From assembly GCA_007280875.1 (NCBI GenBank), contig QYQJ01000082.1:1-57780 (forward strand): DNA of 57,780 bases, read 5' to 3'. Source of the DNA: Bacteroidota bacterium (lineage in GTDB: Bacteria; Bacteroidota; Bacteroidia; Bacteroidales; FEN-979). The first letter of the stretch is position 1. Every line of letters starts with the position of its first letter. The position numbers were made by a program, and so were the translations under genes. Below are positions 47,048 to 56,376 of the stretch, in pieces. A model generated the notes under the pieces. It was not told the origin of the DNA, searched no databases, and worked only from the letters and a program-made list of their open reading frames with translations.

Positions 47048-48342
47048 GAAAGATCACACAAACGTTCCTGGTACGGGTTATCAATGCATTTCTCATGCTG
47101 ATCCTGGTTTTATTATGCACCAACACACTCAAACCTGAATATTATGGAACCATCGGGTTGATTGTACTTGATATCGCGCTGATCATGCTTCTGAACGACC
47201 TGATAGGGGGAAGCGCTATGGTATTTTTCTCTTCCCGGATAAACCTATTCAGTCTGATCCTAATCGGTTATCTATGGGCAATAATTACTTTTGTGGTCGC
47301 TACAGGTATTGGATCTGTCCTTTCCCTTTTTCCGACAGTTTATAGTATTATTGTTCCTTCCGGATTTGGTACACATATTCTGATTCTTGCACTTATAAAC
47401 TCCTTTTCAACTATCCATATCAATATTTTGATCGGAAAGGAAAAGATCACTCTGTATAATACTACCTTTTTGACCCAGATAATCAGTTTGGTAATTTTAG
47501 TATCGCTCCTGCTGTTTGTGATTCATATCAGAACCACTATCATGTATGTGTATGCGCTGTATGGATCTTATCTCCTTACATGGATGATGGGATTATTTCT
47601 TACAAGACGGCATATACGGATTGATCATGTAAAGGAAATTTTTTCGGGAATTGCCGAAATAGTAAAATATGGAATATTCACCCAGATCGCTAACCTCATT
47701 CAACTGGGTAACAAACGGTTTAACTTTTATGTAATCAAAGCGATACACGGAGCATCCCCACTCGGGATATTCAATGCAGCTATACAACTTACGGAGGGAT
47801 TAAGGATAATAGGACAGAGCATCTCGCTGATACAATTCTCCCGTATTTCCAGTTCGCGCGATTTGGTATATTCGCGTGAACTTACTATCCGGTTGTTAAA
47901 AGTCACTGTGCTGGTAACCATGTTTTTAACATTGGTCATGATCGCCATTCCGGAAGGAATATATGCATGGATTTTTGGTGAAGCTTACCGTTTCATTCAC
48001 ACTCTGGTGTTTTGCCTCGCCCCGGGAATTCTGGCACTGAATGCTTCCATGTTACTGAGTTCCTTTTTTTCAGGAATCGGAAAGCCTAAATACAATATGA
48101 TTGCATCCGGGATAGGTTTTCTCTTTACCCTCGGAGCGATATATCCTGCCGTTCTTTATTGGAACTATGTTGGAGCCGGACTTACGGCTTCGGCTGCATA
48201 TATCCTCGCCACGATTTACCAGATGGTAAAATTCATAAAATTAACCAAAGTCACACACCGGGAATTCTTCATCAGACCATCCGATTTTATACTGGTTTAT
48301 CAGATGATCCGAGTGGAATTTTCAAAAAAATACAAAAGATAA
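47041..48342 (+). CDS. MOP-superfamily (Wzx/PST-like) polysaccharide or lipid-linked glycan flippase
   Basis: 433 aa with about 12 TM helices. The N-terminus (TFLVRVINAFLMLILVLLCTNTLKPEYYG) is typical of the oligosaccharide flippase family. 7-nt overlap with the upstream gene. Confidence 0.7.
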   Translation: MVRKITQTFLVRVINAFLMLILVLLCTNTLKPEYYGTIGLIVLDIALIMLLNDLIGGSAMVFFSSRINLFSLILIGYLWAIITFVVATGIGSVLSLFPTVYSIIVPSGFGTHILILALINSFSTIHINILIGKEKITLYNTTFLTQIISLVILVSLLLFVIHIRTTIMYVYALYGSYLLTWMMGLFLTRRHIRIDHVKEIFSGIAEIVKYGIFTQIANLIQLGNKRFNFYVIKAIHGASPLGIFNAAIQLTEGLRIIGQSISLIQFSRISSSRDLVYSRELTIRLLKVTVLVTMFLTLVMIAIPEGIYAWIFGEAYRFIHTLVFCLAPGILALNASMLLSSFFSGIGKPKYNMIASGIGFLFTLGAIYPAVLYWNYVGAGLTASAAYILATIYQMVKFIKLTKVTHREFFIRPSDFILVYQMIRVEFSKKYKR

Positions 48343-48362
48343 TCGGGAGCCATGCTGATGCG

Positions 48363-50312
48363 TTACTTTGTAATGATTCTGCCCAGTTCCTGGTTAATCC
48401 GGACATGACTTGCTTTCAGATTCCGGAGCTCTGAAAGAAGCAGCTCTACGTCGGCCGGATCCCTGGCCTCCTGCATTTCTTTCTGTTTGGCCGTAATGAT
48501 TTTATCCAGTTTCTTGGCTTTAAACGACAGCATGGCGGAAATGACCAGCTCTTTCATGCGTGCCGGTTCTTCCTCGATCAGGATGTTATTTTTCCCCCAG
48601 TTTTCACTGAGTTCATACGGGGAGAAGATCAGGTCGATAGCTGCGTGGGCAATCTCCGGATCTTCGTGCAGTTTGAAATAGGAAATATCGGGGATCTCAT
48701 CTCGTTCCCGGGCAGCGACAAATTCGGCAAAGATCCGGCCATAGAGAGCTTGTTCGAATACCAGTTCATCGCGGAGGATATCGATCACAATAAAATCGGC
48801 CACCCGAATAGGGAAAGGGATATCCCGGCCATCTTCATCAGTCCGCTGAAGGGTGATGGTCTCCCGTCCGTAGAGGACTAGCTGCCTGATCAGTTCCCGC
48901 TCCTGGTATTCGTCGGAGAAGAGGTCGATATCCTCCTGGGAGGGGGCTGTGGTTGTTTCCTGCCATCCGATATCTTCCGCCTTCTCCACCTCCGGGAGCC
49001 TTTTTTTGATCCGGTCACGCAGGATCTTCCGGACTTCATTCATCAGGATCTGTTCCGATACCCCCATCAGGGCCGAACATTCCCGGATGTACAGGGTCTG
49101 GGAAATGCCGTCGGGAATCAGACTGATGGTATGTACGATCTCTTTGATCAGTCCCGCCTTTTTGATCGGGTCGCCTTCAGTCTCTTGCAGCAGTAACTTG
49201 GTCTTGAACAGGATAAAATTGTCGGCGTTGCCGGTGACAAAGGCCTCCACTTCGGAAGGATGGTGATTACGGGCATAGGAATCCGGATCTTCCCCATCAG
49301 GAAAAAGCACGATTTTTACATCCATGCCCTCCTCCACGATCATGTCAATGCCGCGAAATGAGGCTTTGATTCCGGCCGGATCCCCATCGTAGAGGATCGT
49401 AACCTGGCGGGTATACCGCTGGACCATCCGGATCTGATCCTGAGTAAGCGAAGTTCCGGAAGAGGCTACAACATTTTCAATACCGGCCTGATGCAGGGAG
49501 ATCACGTCAGTATATCCCTCCACCAGGTAGCAGGTATCATTCGAAGCAATGGCATGTCGGGCGAAAAAGATGCCGTAAAGGGATTTGCTCTTATTGTAAA
49601 TCCCTGATTCGGGTGAATTTACATATTTCGGACGATTTTTCTCCGAAGTCAGGATCCGGCCTCCGAATCCGATCACCCGTCCCGAAACACTGTGGATCGG
49701 AAAGATCACACGGGCGTGGAACCGGTCGTATGCCCGCTCCTCCTTCTGGAGGGTCAGGCCGCTTTTAATCAGTGCTTCCAGCTTATATCCCTGCTGCCGG
49801 GCGTACGAAGTAAAGGCATCCCAGGTTTCGGGACTGTATCCCAGCTCGAATTTCCGGATAATGTCATCACGGATTCCCCGCTCCTTCAGGTAGCTGAGCC
49901 CGATGGCCTTTCCCTCCTCGGTGTGGTGGAGGGCTTGTGCAAAATAGTCACGGGCAAACTGGTTCAGGTTGAACAGAGCTTCCCGCTCTCCAAGCTCCTC
50001 CTGCATCTCCGGTGTTTGTACCTCCTCCTCGATCTCGATCTGGTATTTGTTGGCCAGGAAACGAAGCGCTTCCGGGTAAGTGTAGTGCTCGTGTTCCATC
50101 AGAAAATTGACCCCGCTTCCGGCTTTTCCGCACCCAAAGCATTTATAAATTCCTTTGGAAGGTGAGACAGTGAACGAGGGAGTCTTCTCTTTATGAAACG
50201 GACACAGGCCAATCAGATTCGTCCCCCTTCGCCGGAGTGTGACAAAATCACCGATCACCTCTTCGATGCGAATGGCGGAAAGAATGCTTTCAACGGTATC
50301 CCGTGAGATCAT
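48363..50312 (-). CDS. dnaG: DNA primase
   Basis: Zinc finger CPFHKEKTPSFTVSPSKGIYKCFGCGKAG, TOPRIM (VEGYTDV, LYDGDPAG). 649 aa. Confidence 0.95.
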   Translation of the reverse strand: MISRDTVESILSAIRIEEVIGDFVTLRRRGTNLIGLCPFHKEKTPSFTVSPSKGIYKCFGCGKAGSGVNFLMEHEHYTYPEALRFLANKYQIEIEEEVQTPEMQEELGEREALFNLNQFARDYFAQALHHTEEGKAIGLSYLKERGIRDDIIRKFELGYSPETWDAFTSYARQQGYKLEALIKSGLTLQKEERAYDRFHARVIFPIHSVSGRVIGFGGRILTSEKNRPKYVNSPESGIYNKSKSLYGIFFARHAIASNDTCYLVEGYTDVISLHQAGIENVVASSGTSLTQDQIRMVQRYTRQVTILYDGDPAGIKASFRGIDMIVEEGMDVKIVLFPDGEDPDSYARNHHPSEVEAFVTGNADNFILFKTKLLLQETEGDPIKKAGLIKEIVHTISLIPDGISQTLYIRECSALMGVSEQILMNEVRKILRDRIKKRLPEVEKAEDIGWQETTTAPSQEDIDLFSDEYQERELIRQLVLYGRETITLQRTDEDGRDIPFPIRVADFIVIDILRDELVFEQALYGRIFAEFVAARERDEIPDISYFKLHEDPEIAHAAIDLIFSPYELSENWGKNNILIEEEPARMKELVISAMLSFKAKKLDKIITAKQKEMQEARDPADVELLLSELRNLKASHVRINQELGRIITK

Positions 50313-50369
50313 ACAATACAGTTACCCTGAAGCGAAAATACGAAAAAGGAGGATCATTTTTTTGTAATT

Positions 50370-50378
50370 TTATCCACA
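50370..50378 (+). promoter_or_regulatory. Perfect DnaA box TTATCCACA in the dnaG/polyferredoxin divergent region
   Basis: Exact 9-mer consensus, 58 nt upstream of the dnaG start on the opposite strand. Confidence 0.35.
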
Positions 50379-50398
50379 ATGGGACCAATTCGATTTGC

Positions 50399-52005
50399 AT
50401 GAAATGGAAATATCTGAAACCGATCCGGGTAGCGATTTCACTCCTGATTTTTGCATTTGTCGCCTGTATTTTCGCTGATATCGCGCTCATCACCACGAAA
50501 GGGCTGATAAAAACCCTGCTCTATCTCCAGTTCATCCCCTCCCTGATCGGCTTCCTGAGTTCGTTTTCCCTGGCTGCAGCGGGATTTCTGTTTATCATGC
50601 TCCTGACCCTTCTTTTCGGAAGGATCTACTGCTCCTCCCTCTGTCCGCTCGGCACGATTCAGGATATCGTAAACGGAATCCGGTCACGATGGAATCCGGG
50701 AAACATATTATCACAATCCAAAATACACTACAGAAAACCGGTACAGTGGGTCAGCTACCCCATCCTCGCTCTGACCCTGCTTCTTTTACTGGCAGGCAAC
50801 CTCTTCCTGTTGACCCTGCTGGATCCTTTCAGTCTGGCTGGACGATCCCTGTCGGGACTGATCGGTCTATTCATTGATCTTCCGGGGAATCCGCTGTTTT
50901 TTTCGCTTGATTCCCTGCGGAGTCCGGAAGGAGAAACAGCCATGCGGACTAGTACGTCCTGGTGCTCCTGGGTGGTCACCCTGACGATGTTTCTGGCTAT
51001 TGTCCTCCTGGCGGTGTGGAAAGGCCGATGGTACTGCACAGTGATCTGTCCGGTCGGGACCCTGCTCGGGATCCTATCCAGGATTTCGTTGTTCCGGCTC
51101 AAACTGGACACTGTTACCTGCAGTGCCTGCGGAAGCTGCATGAAGGTGTGTAAAACGGGATGCATCGACAACGATGCAAAAATCCTGGATTTCGACCGCT
51201 GTGTAGCCTGCTTCAATTGCCTGGAAGCATGTTCGAATGGGGCGATAGGGTTTAAGGTTCAAGGGTCGAGGTTCAAGGGTCGAGGGTCAAGGGTCAAGGG
51301 CCAAGAATCGGGGATCGAAGTTAGAGGATCAAAGTTCGAAGGGAGGAGGGCGTTCCTGAAAAACGCCGTGTTGTCGGTTTCGGTGGCGGTGCCCTCCCTG
51401 GCCATTGCACCGGCCCTTTTCTCCAGGCTGTACGGAAATCCTGCAGAAGAGCTGGCGGGAGGAGAAAAGAATTCAACCGATGAGGAAAATCCCTATCCGG
51501 CTACCCCTCCTGGCTCGGTCAGCGTAGCTTATTACACCGAACGATGCACCTCCTGCCACCTGTGCGTCAGTGTCTGTCCGACCGGGGTATTGCAACCTAC
51601 TATCGGTGCCTTTGGTCTGGCAGGAATCCTCCAGCCGGCAATGGATTTTGAAGCAGGCCTCTGCCGCTACGAATGCACGAAATGTCTGGATATTTGTCCA
51701 ACCGGAGCCATTCTTTCATTATCTCCTGAGCAGAAGAAACGAATCCGGATCGGAATCGCCCGTTTTATTAAAAACCTATGTATCCCGGTAGCGGAACGGA
51801 CTTCCTGCAGCCTGTGCAGTGAACTATGCCCGACCAGGGCCATTACCATGAAGCCCTATCTGGGAGAGCTGACCATACCCGTTATCGATGAAAAAACCTG
51901 TACCGGATGCGGGGCTTGTGAATACATCTGCCCCACCCGGCCTGTCCGGGCCATGTATGTGGAACCGCTGAAGGTTCATACGATTGCAGGGAAAGCAAAA
52001 ACCTG

Positions 52006-52009
<4 letters not shown>
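50399..52009 (+). CDS. Membrane polyferredoxin: NapH-like module fused to a NapG-like 4Fe-4S module
   Basis: Start MKWKYL at 50399. TM helices with CSSLCPLGT and CTVICPVGT, then CSACGSCMKVC and CVACFNCLEAC, then a heptamer-encoded linker. Next come a twin-arginine-like RRAFLK plus a hydrophobic helix, then four more Cys motifs (CTSCHLCVSVCP, CRYECTKCLDICP, CSLCSELCP, CTGCGACEYICP). Confidence 0.75.
51248..51338. repeat. Heptanucleotide tandem array A (about 13 degenerate units, consensus ARGNTCR), translated
   Basis: Units in one 7-nt register: GGGTTTA AGGTTCA AGGGTCG AGGTTCA AGGGTCG AGGGTCA AGGGTCA AGGGCCA AGAATCG GGGATCG AAGTTAG AGGATCA AAGTTCG. They encode GFKVQGSRFKGRGSRVKGQESGIEVRGSKFEG. 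Confidence 0.8.
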
Positions 52010-52929
<920 letters not shown>

Positions 52930-52934
52930 TTATT

Positions 52935-52990
52935 TGAACAATCGAATAACGAACAAAGAACAATGAATGATGAATTAATTTTGAATTACC
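52935..52990. repeat. Degenerate AT-rich heptamer array C (consensus NGAAYAA) filling the U32-PHP intercistronic spacer
   Basis: CGAATAA CGAACAA AGAACAA TGAATGA TGAATTA are in phase at 52943-52977, with flanking related units. It contains AACAATC, the unit of array B's minus strand. Confidence 0.4.
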
Positions 52991-54207
52991 TTATAAATTT
53001 TATCAGAACGGCGAAGGAATTCTGGTACAGGGATTGAGCAGACCTCTCCTTTTTTGGCTTTTTTTACCGGTTTCAGGTTAACCCTGATCTCCGGAATTGA
53101 TAGTTCGATCACGCCAGTTGTCGGGCCCTGGATGTAAATCCGGTCTCCGGGCGCCAGATAATCGGATTCCAGCTTGATTTCAGCCACCTGAAGTTTTGTA
53201 TAGTAGTTAGTTACCTTTCCGACATATTCTTTTGACTGTGTGGCGACAGAACCATGTTGTTCCGCCCATTCACCCATGGTTTGGCCCAGGTAGTATCCAT
53301 CCCAGAATCCGCGGTTGTAGACCGATTTCAACCGATTCAACCAATCTTCAACCCGCTCCTGTGAATACCTGCCTGCTGCAATCGCTTCAACGGCTTCACG
53401 ATAACAGGCGGTAACGGTTTTTACATATTCCGGGCTACGCCCCCGCCCTTCGATCTTTAACACAGAGATCCCTGCTGTTACGATCTTATCCAGGAACCCA
53501 ATGGTGCAAAGATCCTTGGGTGACATGATATACTCGTTATCGACCAGTAGTTCCACCTCTTTGTCGAAGTCAGTTACCCGGTAGAGACGCCGGCATACCT
53601 GGTAGCAGGCGCCCCGGTTAGCTGAGGCGTTGAAGTGGTCAAGGCTCAGGTAACACTTTCCCGATACCGCCATACAGAGTGCTCCGTGGATGAAGACCTC
53701 CAGCCGGACCAGTTGTCCGGATGGACCGGTGATCCGCTGCCGGCGGATGGCCCTGACGATGGAGGCAACCTGATTTAACGAGAGTTCCCGTGCGGTGACC
53801 ATCACATCGGCAAACTGCGACCAGTATTTCACCGCTTCCAGGTTGGTGATGTTGGTCTGGGTCGACATATGAACCGGCATCCCTACCGAACGGGCAACCT
53901 GGATCACAGCCTGATCGGAAGCGATGATGGCATCGATTCCGTTCTTATACGCCGAATCCACAATCCGTCTCACCTCTCTGATCTCGGAATCGTAAATGAC
54001 GGTATTTAATGTGAGGTAACTCTTCACGCCGTACTCCCGGCAGATCCCTGAAATCTTCACCAGGTCGCGAAGGGTAAAATTGATCGATGACCGGGCCCGC
54101 ATATTCAGCACACCCACCCCGAAATAGACCGAATCGGCACCTGCCTGAATGGCAGCCGAAAGCGATTCCCAGGTTCCGACCGGAGCGGTGAGTTCGGACT
54201 TGTTCAT
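52975..54207 (-). CDS. Peptidase U32 family protein
   Basis: ELTAPVGTWESLSAAIQAGADSVYFG N-terminus and an EVFIHGALC segment typical of U32. 410 aa. Confidence 0.85.
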   Translation of the reverse strand: MNKSELTAPVGTWESLSAAIQAGADSVYFGVGVLNMRARSSINFTLRDLVKISGICREYGVKSYLTLNTVIYDSEIREVRRIVDSAYKNGIDAIIASDQAVIQVARSVGMPVHMSTQTNITNLEAVKYWSQFADVMVTARELSLNQVASIVRAIRRQRITGPSGQLVRLEVFIHGALCMAVSGKCYLSLDHFNASANRGACYQVCRRLYRVTDFDKEVELLVDNEYIMSPKDLCTIGFLDKIVTAGISVLKIEGRGRSPEYVKTVTACYREAVEAIAAGRYSQERVEDWLNRLKSVYNRGFWDGYYLGQTMGEWAEQHGSVATQSKEYVGKVTNYYTKLQVAEIKLESDYLAPGDRIYIQGPTTGVIELSIPEIRVNLKPVKKAKKGEVCSIPVPEFLRRSDKIYKVIQN

Positions 54208-54348
54208 AAAAATTTATGCAAAAATACGGAAAATGAGTGCCGGAAAATGGCTTGTCAATCCCTTAATCATAGCAGACTAAAATATATTTGTTATATTTAT
54301 CCTTTCATTGTGGGATGATCGTGGGGAAATGCAAATCCAAAATCGACA

Positions 54349-56346
54349 ATGATGAAAAGAAAAACCAGAATTACTCACATGCAGTTTTCCGGCTTATTAA
54401 TCTGTTTCCTGTTTTCAGGCTGGGGAATGGCACAGACAACCGCCGACCTGGTATTGATCAAGGGGAACATTATCACAATCAATCCCAATGACGATGTGAT
54501 GGAGGCTGTTGCGGTGAAAGACAGTATTTTTATTAAAGTGGGATCCAATCAGGATGTTCAACCCTTTATAGGGACAGGCACTGAAGTGATCGACCTAGAC
54601 GGATTGACCGTAACACCAGGCATGATTGATGCGCATTCACACTTGATGTACTACGGGCAGGCAGAAAATGATTACGTCAACCTGCGCCCTCCTGAAGTAA
54701 CTACAATTGCTGAGATTATAGCCAAAATAGAAGAACGTATCGCGCAAATTGATTCAGGTGATTGGGTCATTGGAGATGGTTTTTATCGCCTGGAAGACGG
54801 ACGACTGCCAACGCGATATGACCTGGATCCGGTTTCTCCCAATAACCCGGTAATACTGAACAGTATGGGGGGGCATTTTGGCACCTCCAACAGTTATGGT
54901 TTAAACCTGGCCGGGATCACTGACACGACGCCCAATCCACCCGGCGGTATCATTGAAAGAGACTCGGTTACCGGTATTCCAACAGGGGTTCTCTATAACC
55001 ATCCGGCCATGGATATGGTCAGGCTTCTTGCACCACCATTGGAATTGGAGCCCCTGGTCAACGATGTGAAATATGCCCAGGAGGTTTACCTGGCTGAAGG
55101 GATCACAAGTTTTGGCGATGTCAATACCAGAGGATTGACACGGTTTGGTGCCTATGCCCAGACAGCCATTAACAGTGAACTGAAAATCAGGTGTTTCATG
55201 CATTATACCATTGAACGGACTTCGGATGTATCCCTTTGCCTGGAGAACACGGAGCTTTTCCGATATCCCATGATTGCTTATACGGGCAATAAATTTCTCC
55301 TTGATGGTCAACCTCCGACCTCCTACACATATGACCCGCACCCGGGACCTTCATGGAACCTTTCTACCTGGAATGCGGATACGTTGAAAATGGTGGTTAA
55401 ACAGCTTCACAGACTGGGCAGACAACTCTCATTCCATGTGATGGGCGATCATGCGATAGACCTTGCATTGGATGCTATTGCAGAAGCCCAACAGGATACA
55501 TTGATCGTCGATTCCCGTCATCGGCTTGAGCATGTCATGGTCCCTTTGGGAACTTCGTTAATCCGTATGAAAAATATGGGAGTGGTTGCCTGTATGCAAC
55601 CGGGAGCCATCTATTCCTGCGGAGATTTCTATCGTCTTTACTGGCCGGATCAGATTCAGCGATTGATGCCATTACGCTCAATGATCGATGCCGGAGTAAA
55701 AGTCTCCCTGGGATCCGATTTTCCGACAGTTCTTTCCCTGGATCCCCGGCTGACTCTTTGGGGTGCACTTGTCAGAAAAACCTCTTCAGGCGTTTTAATC
55801 AATGCGAATGAACGGATTACCATGAAGGAGGCGCTATATGCACATACCATGGGTTCAGCTTATGCGCAGTTCGAAGAGGATGTAAAAGGATCGATTGAAG
55901 AGGGAAAGTATGCTGATATGACCATCTGGTCAAAGGATCTTTATACCATCGATCCTACCGAACTCCTGACAACAGATGTTGTAATGACGATTGTTGGAGG
56001 CACGGTATATGATTTTCTGGGCATTGAAAACAGCATGTGGAATAAAAAGAATTCACTTTTTCAGCTTCATCAGAACTCCCCGAACCCATTTACTCATGAA
56101 ACTGATATTTCATTTGAAGTATTTGAAAGTGAGACCAATGAACCGGTTTTTCTGAAACTTGGAGTATATAATTTAAAGGGAGACCTGGTAAAAATTATCA
56201 TGGAGAAAAAATTGATTCCTGGTAATTACGTTTATTCATGGGATGGAACCGATCATTCCGGAAACCGTCTTACCAGTGCGATGTACCTGGTAAAACTCAC
56301 CTCCGGTTTACATGCACAGGTTAAAAAGATGGTATTGATTGATTAA
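54349..56346 (+). CDS. Secreted amidohydrolase-family metallohydrolase with T9SS C-terminal domain
   Basis: Signal peptide. Metal motif GMIDAHSHL, FHVMGDHAID, GSDFP. The C-terminal roughly 90 aa (LHQNSPNPFTHETDISFEV...SAMYLVKL...KKMVLID) match the T9SS/FlgD-Ig-like sorting domain pattern. Confidence 0.8.
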   Translation: MMKRKTRITHMQFSGLLICFLFSGWGMAQTTADLVLIKGNIITINPNDDVMEAVAVKDSIFIKVGSNQDVQPFIGTGTEVIDLDGLTVTPGMIDAHSHLMYYGQAENDYVNLRPPEVTTIAEIIAKIEERIAQIDSGDWVIGDGFYRLEDGRLPTRYDLDPVSPNNPVILNSMGGHFGTSNSYGLNLAGITDTTPNPPGGIIERDSVTGIPTGVLYNHPAMDMVRLLAPPLELEPLVNDVKYAQEVYLAEGITSFGDVNTRGLTRFGAYAQTAINSELKIRCFMHYTIERTSDVSLCLENTELFRYPMIAYTGNKFLLDGQPPTSYTYDPHPGPSWNLSTWNADTLKMVVKQLHRLGRQLSFHVMGDHAIDLALDAIAEAQQDTLIVDSRHRLEHVMVPLGTSLIRMKNMGVVACMQPGAIYSCGDFYRLYWPDQIQRLMPLRSMIDAGVKVSLGSDFPTVLSLDPRLTLWGALVRKTSSGVLINANERITMKEALYAHTMGSAYAQFEEDVKGSIEEGKYADMTIWSKDLYTIDPTELLTTDVVMTIVGGTVYDFLGIENSMWNKKNSLFQLHQNSPNPFTHETDISFEVFESETNEPVFLKLGVYNLKGDLVKIIMEKKLIPGNYVYSWDGTDHSGNRLTSAMYLVKLTSGLHAQVKKMVLID

Positions 56347-56376
56347 CATGACGATAACAAAGATACTGACAAATCT

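Noticed and set aside
50303-50398. Upstream-extended starts in the ORF track at 50303, 38937, 39745, 26458, 24141, 8495, 6101 and 31566.
   Set aside because: The extensions overlap neighbouring genes or add residues ahead of a clear signal peptide or conserved N-terminus. Internal ATGs giving ATGA-type coupling or proper N-termini were preferred.
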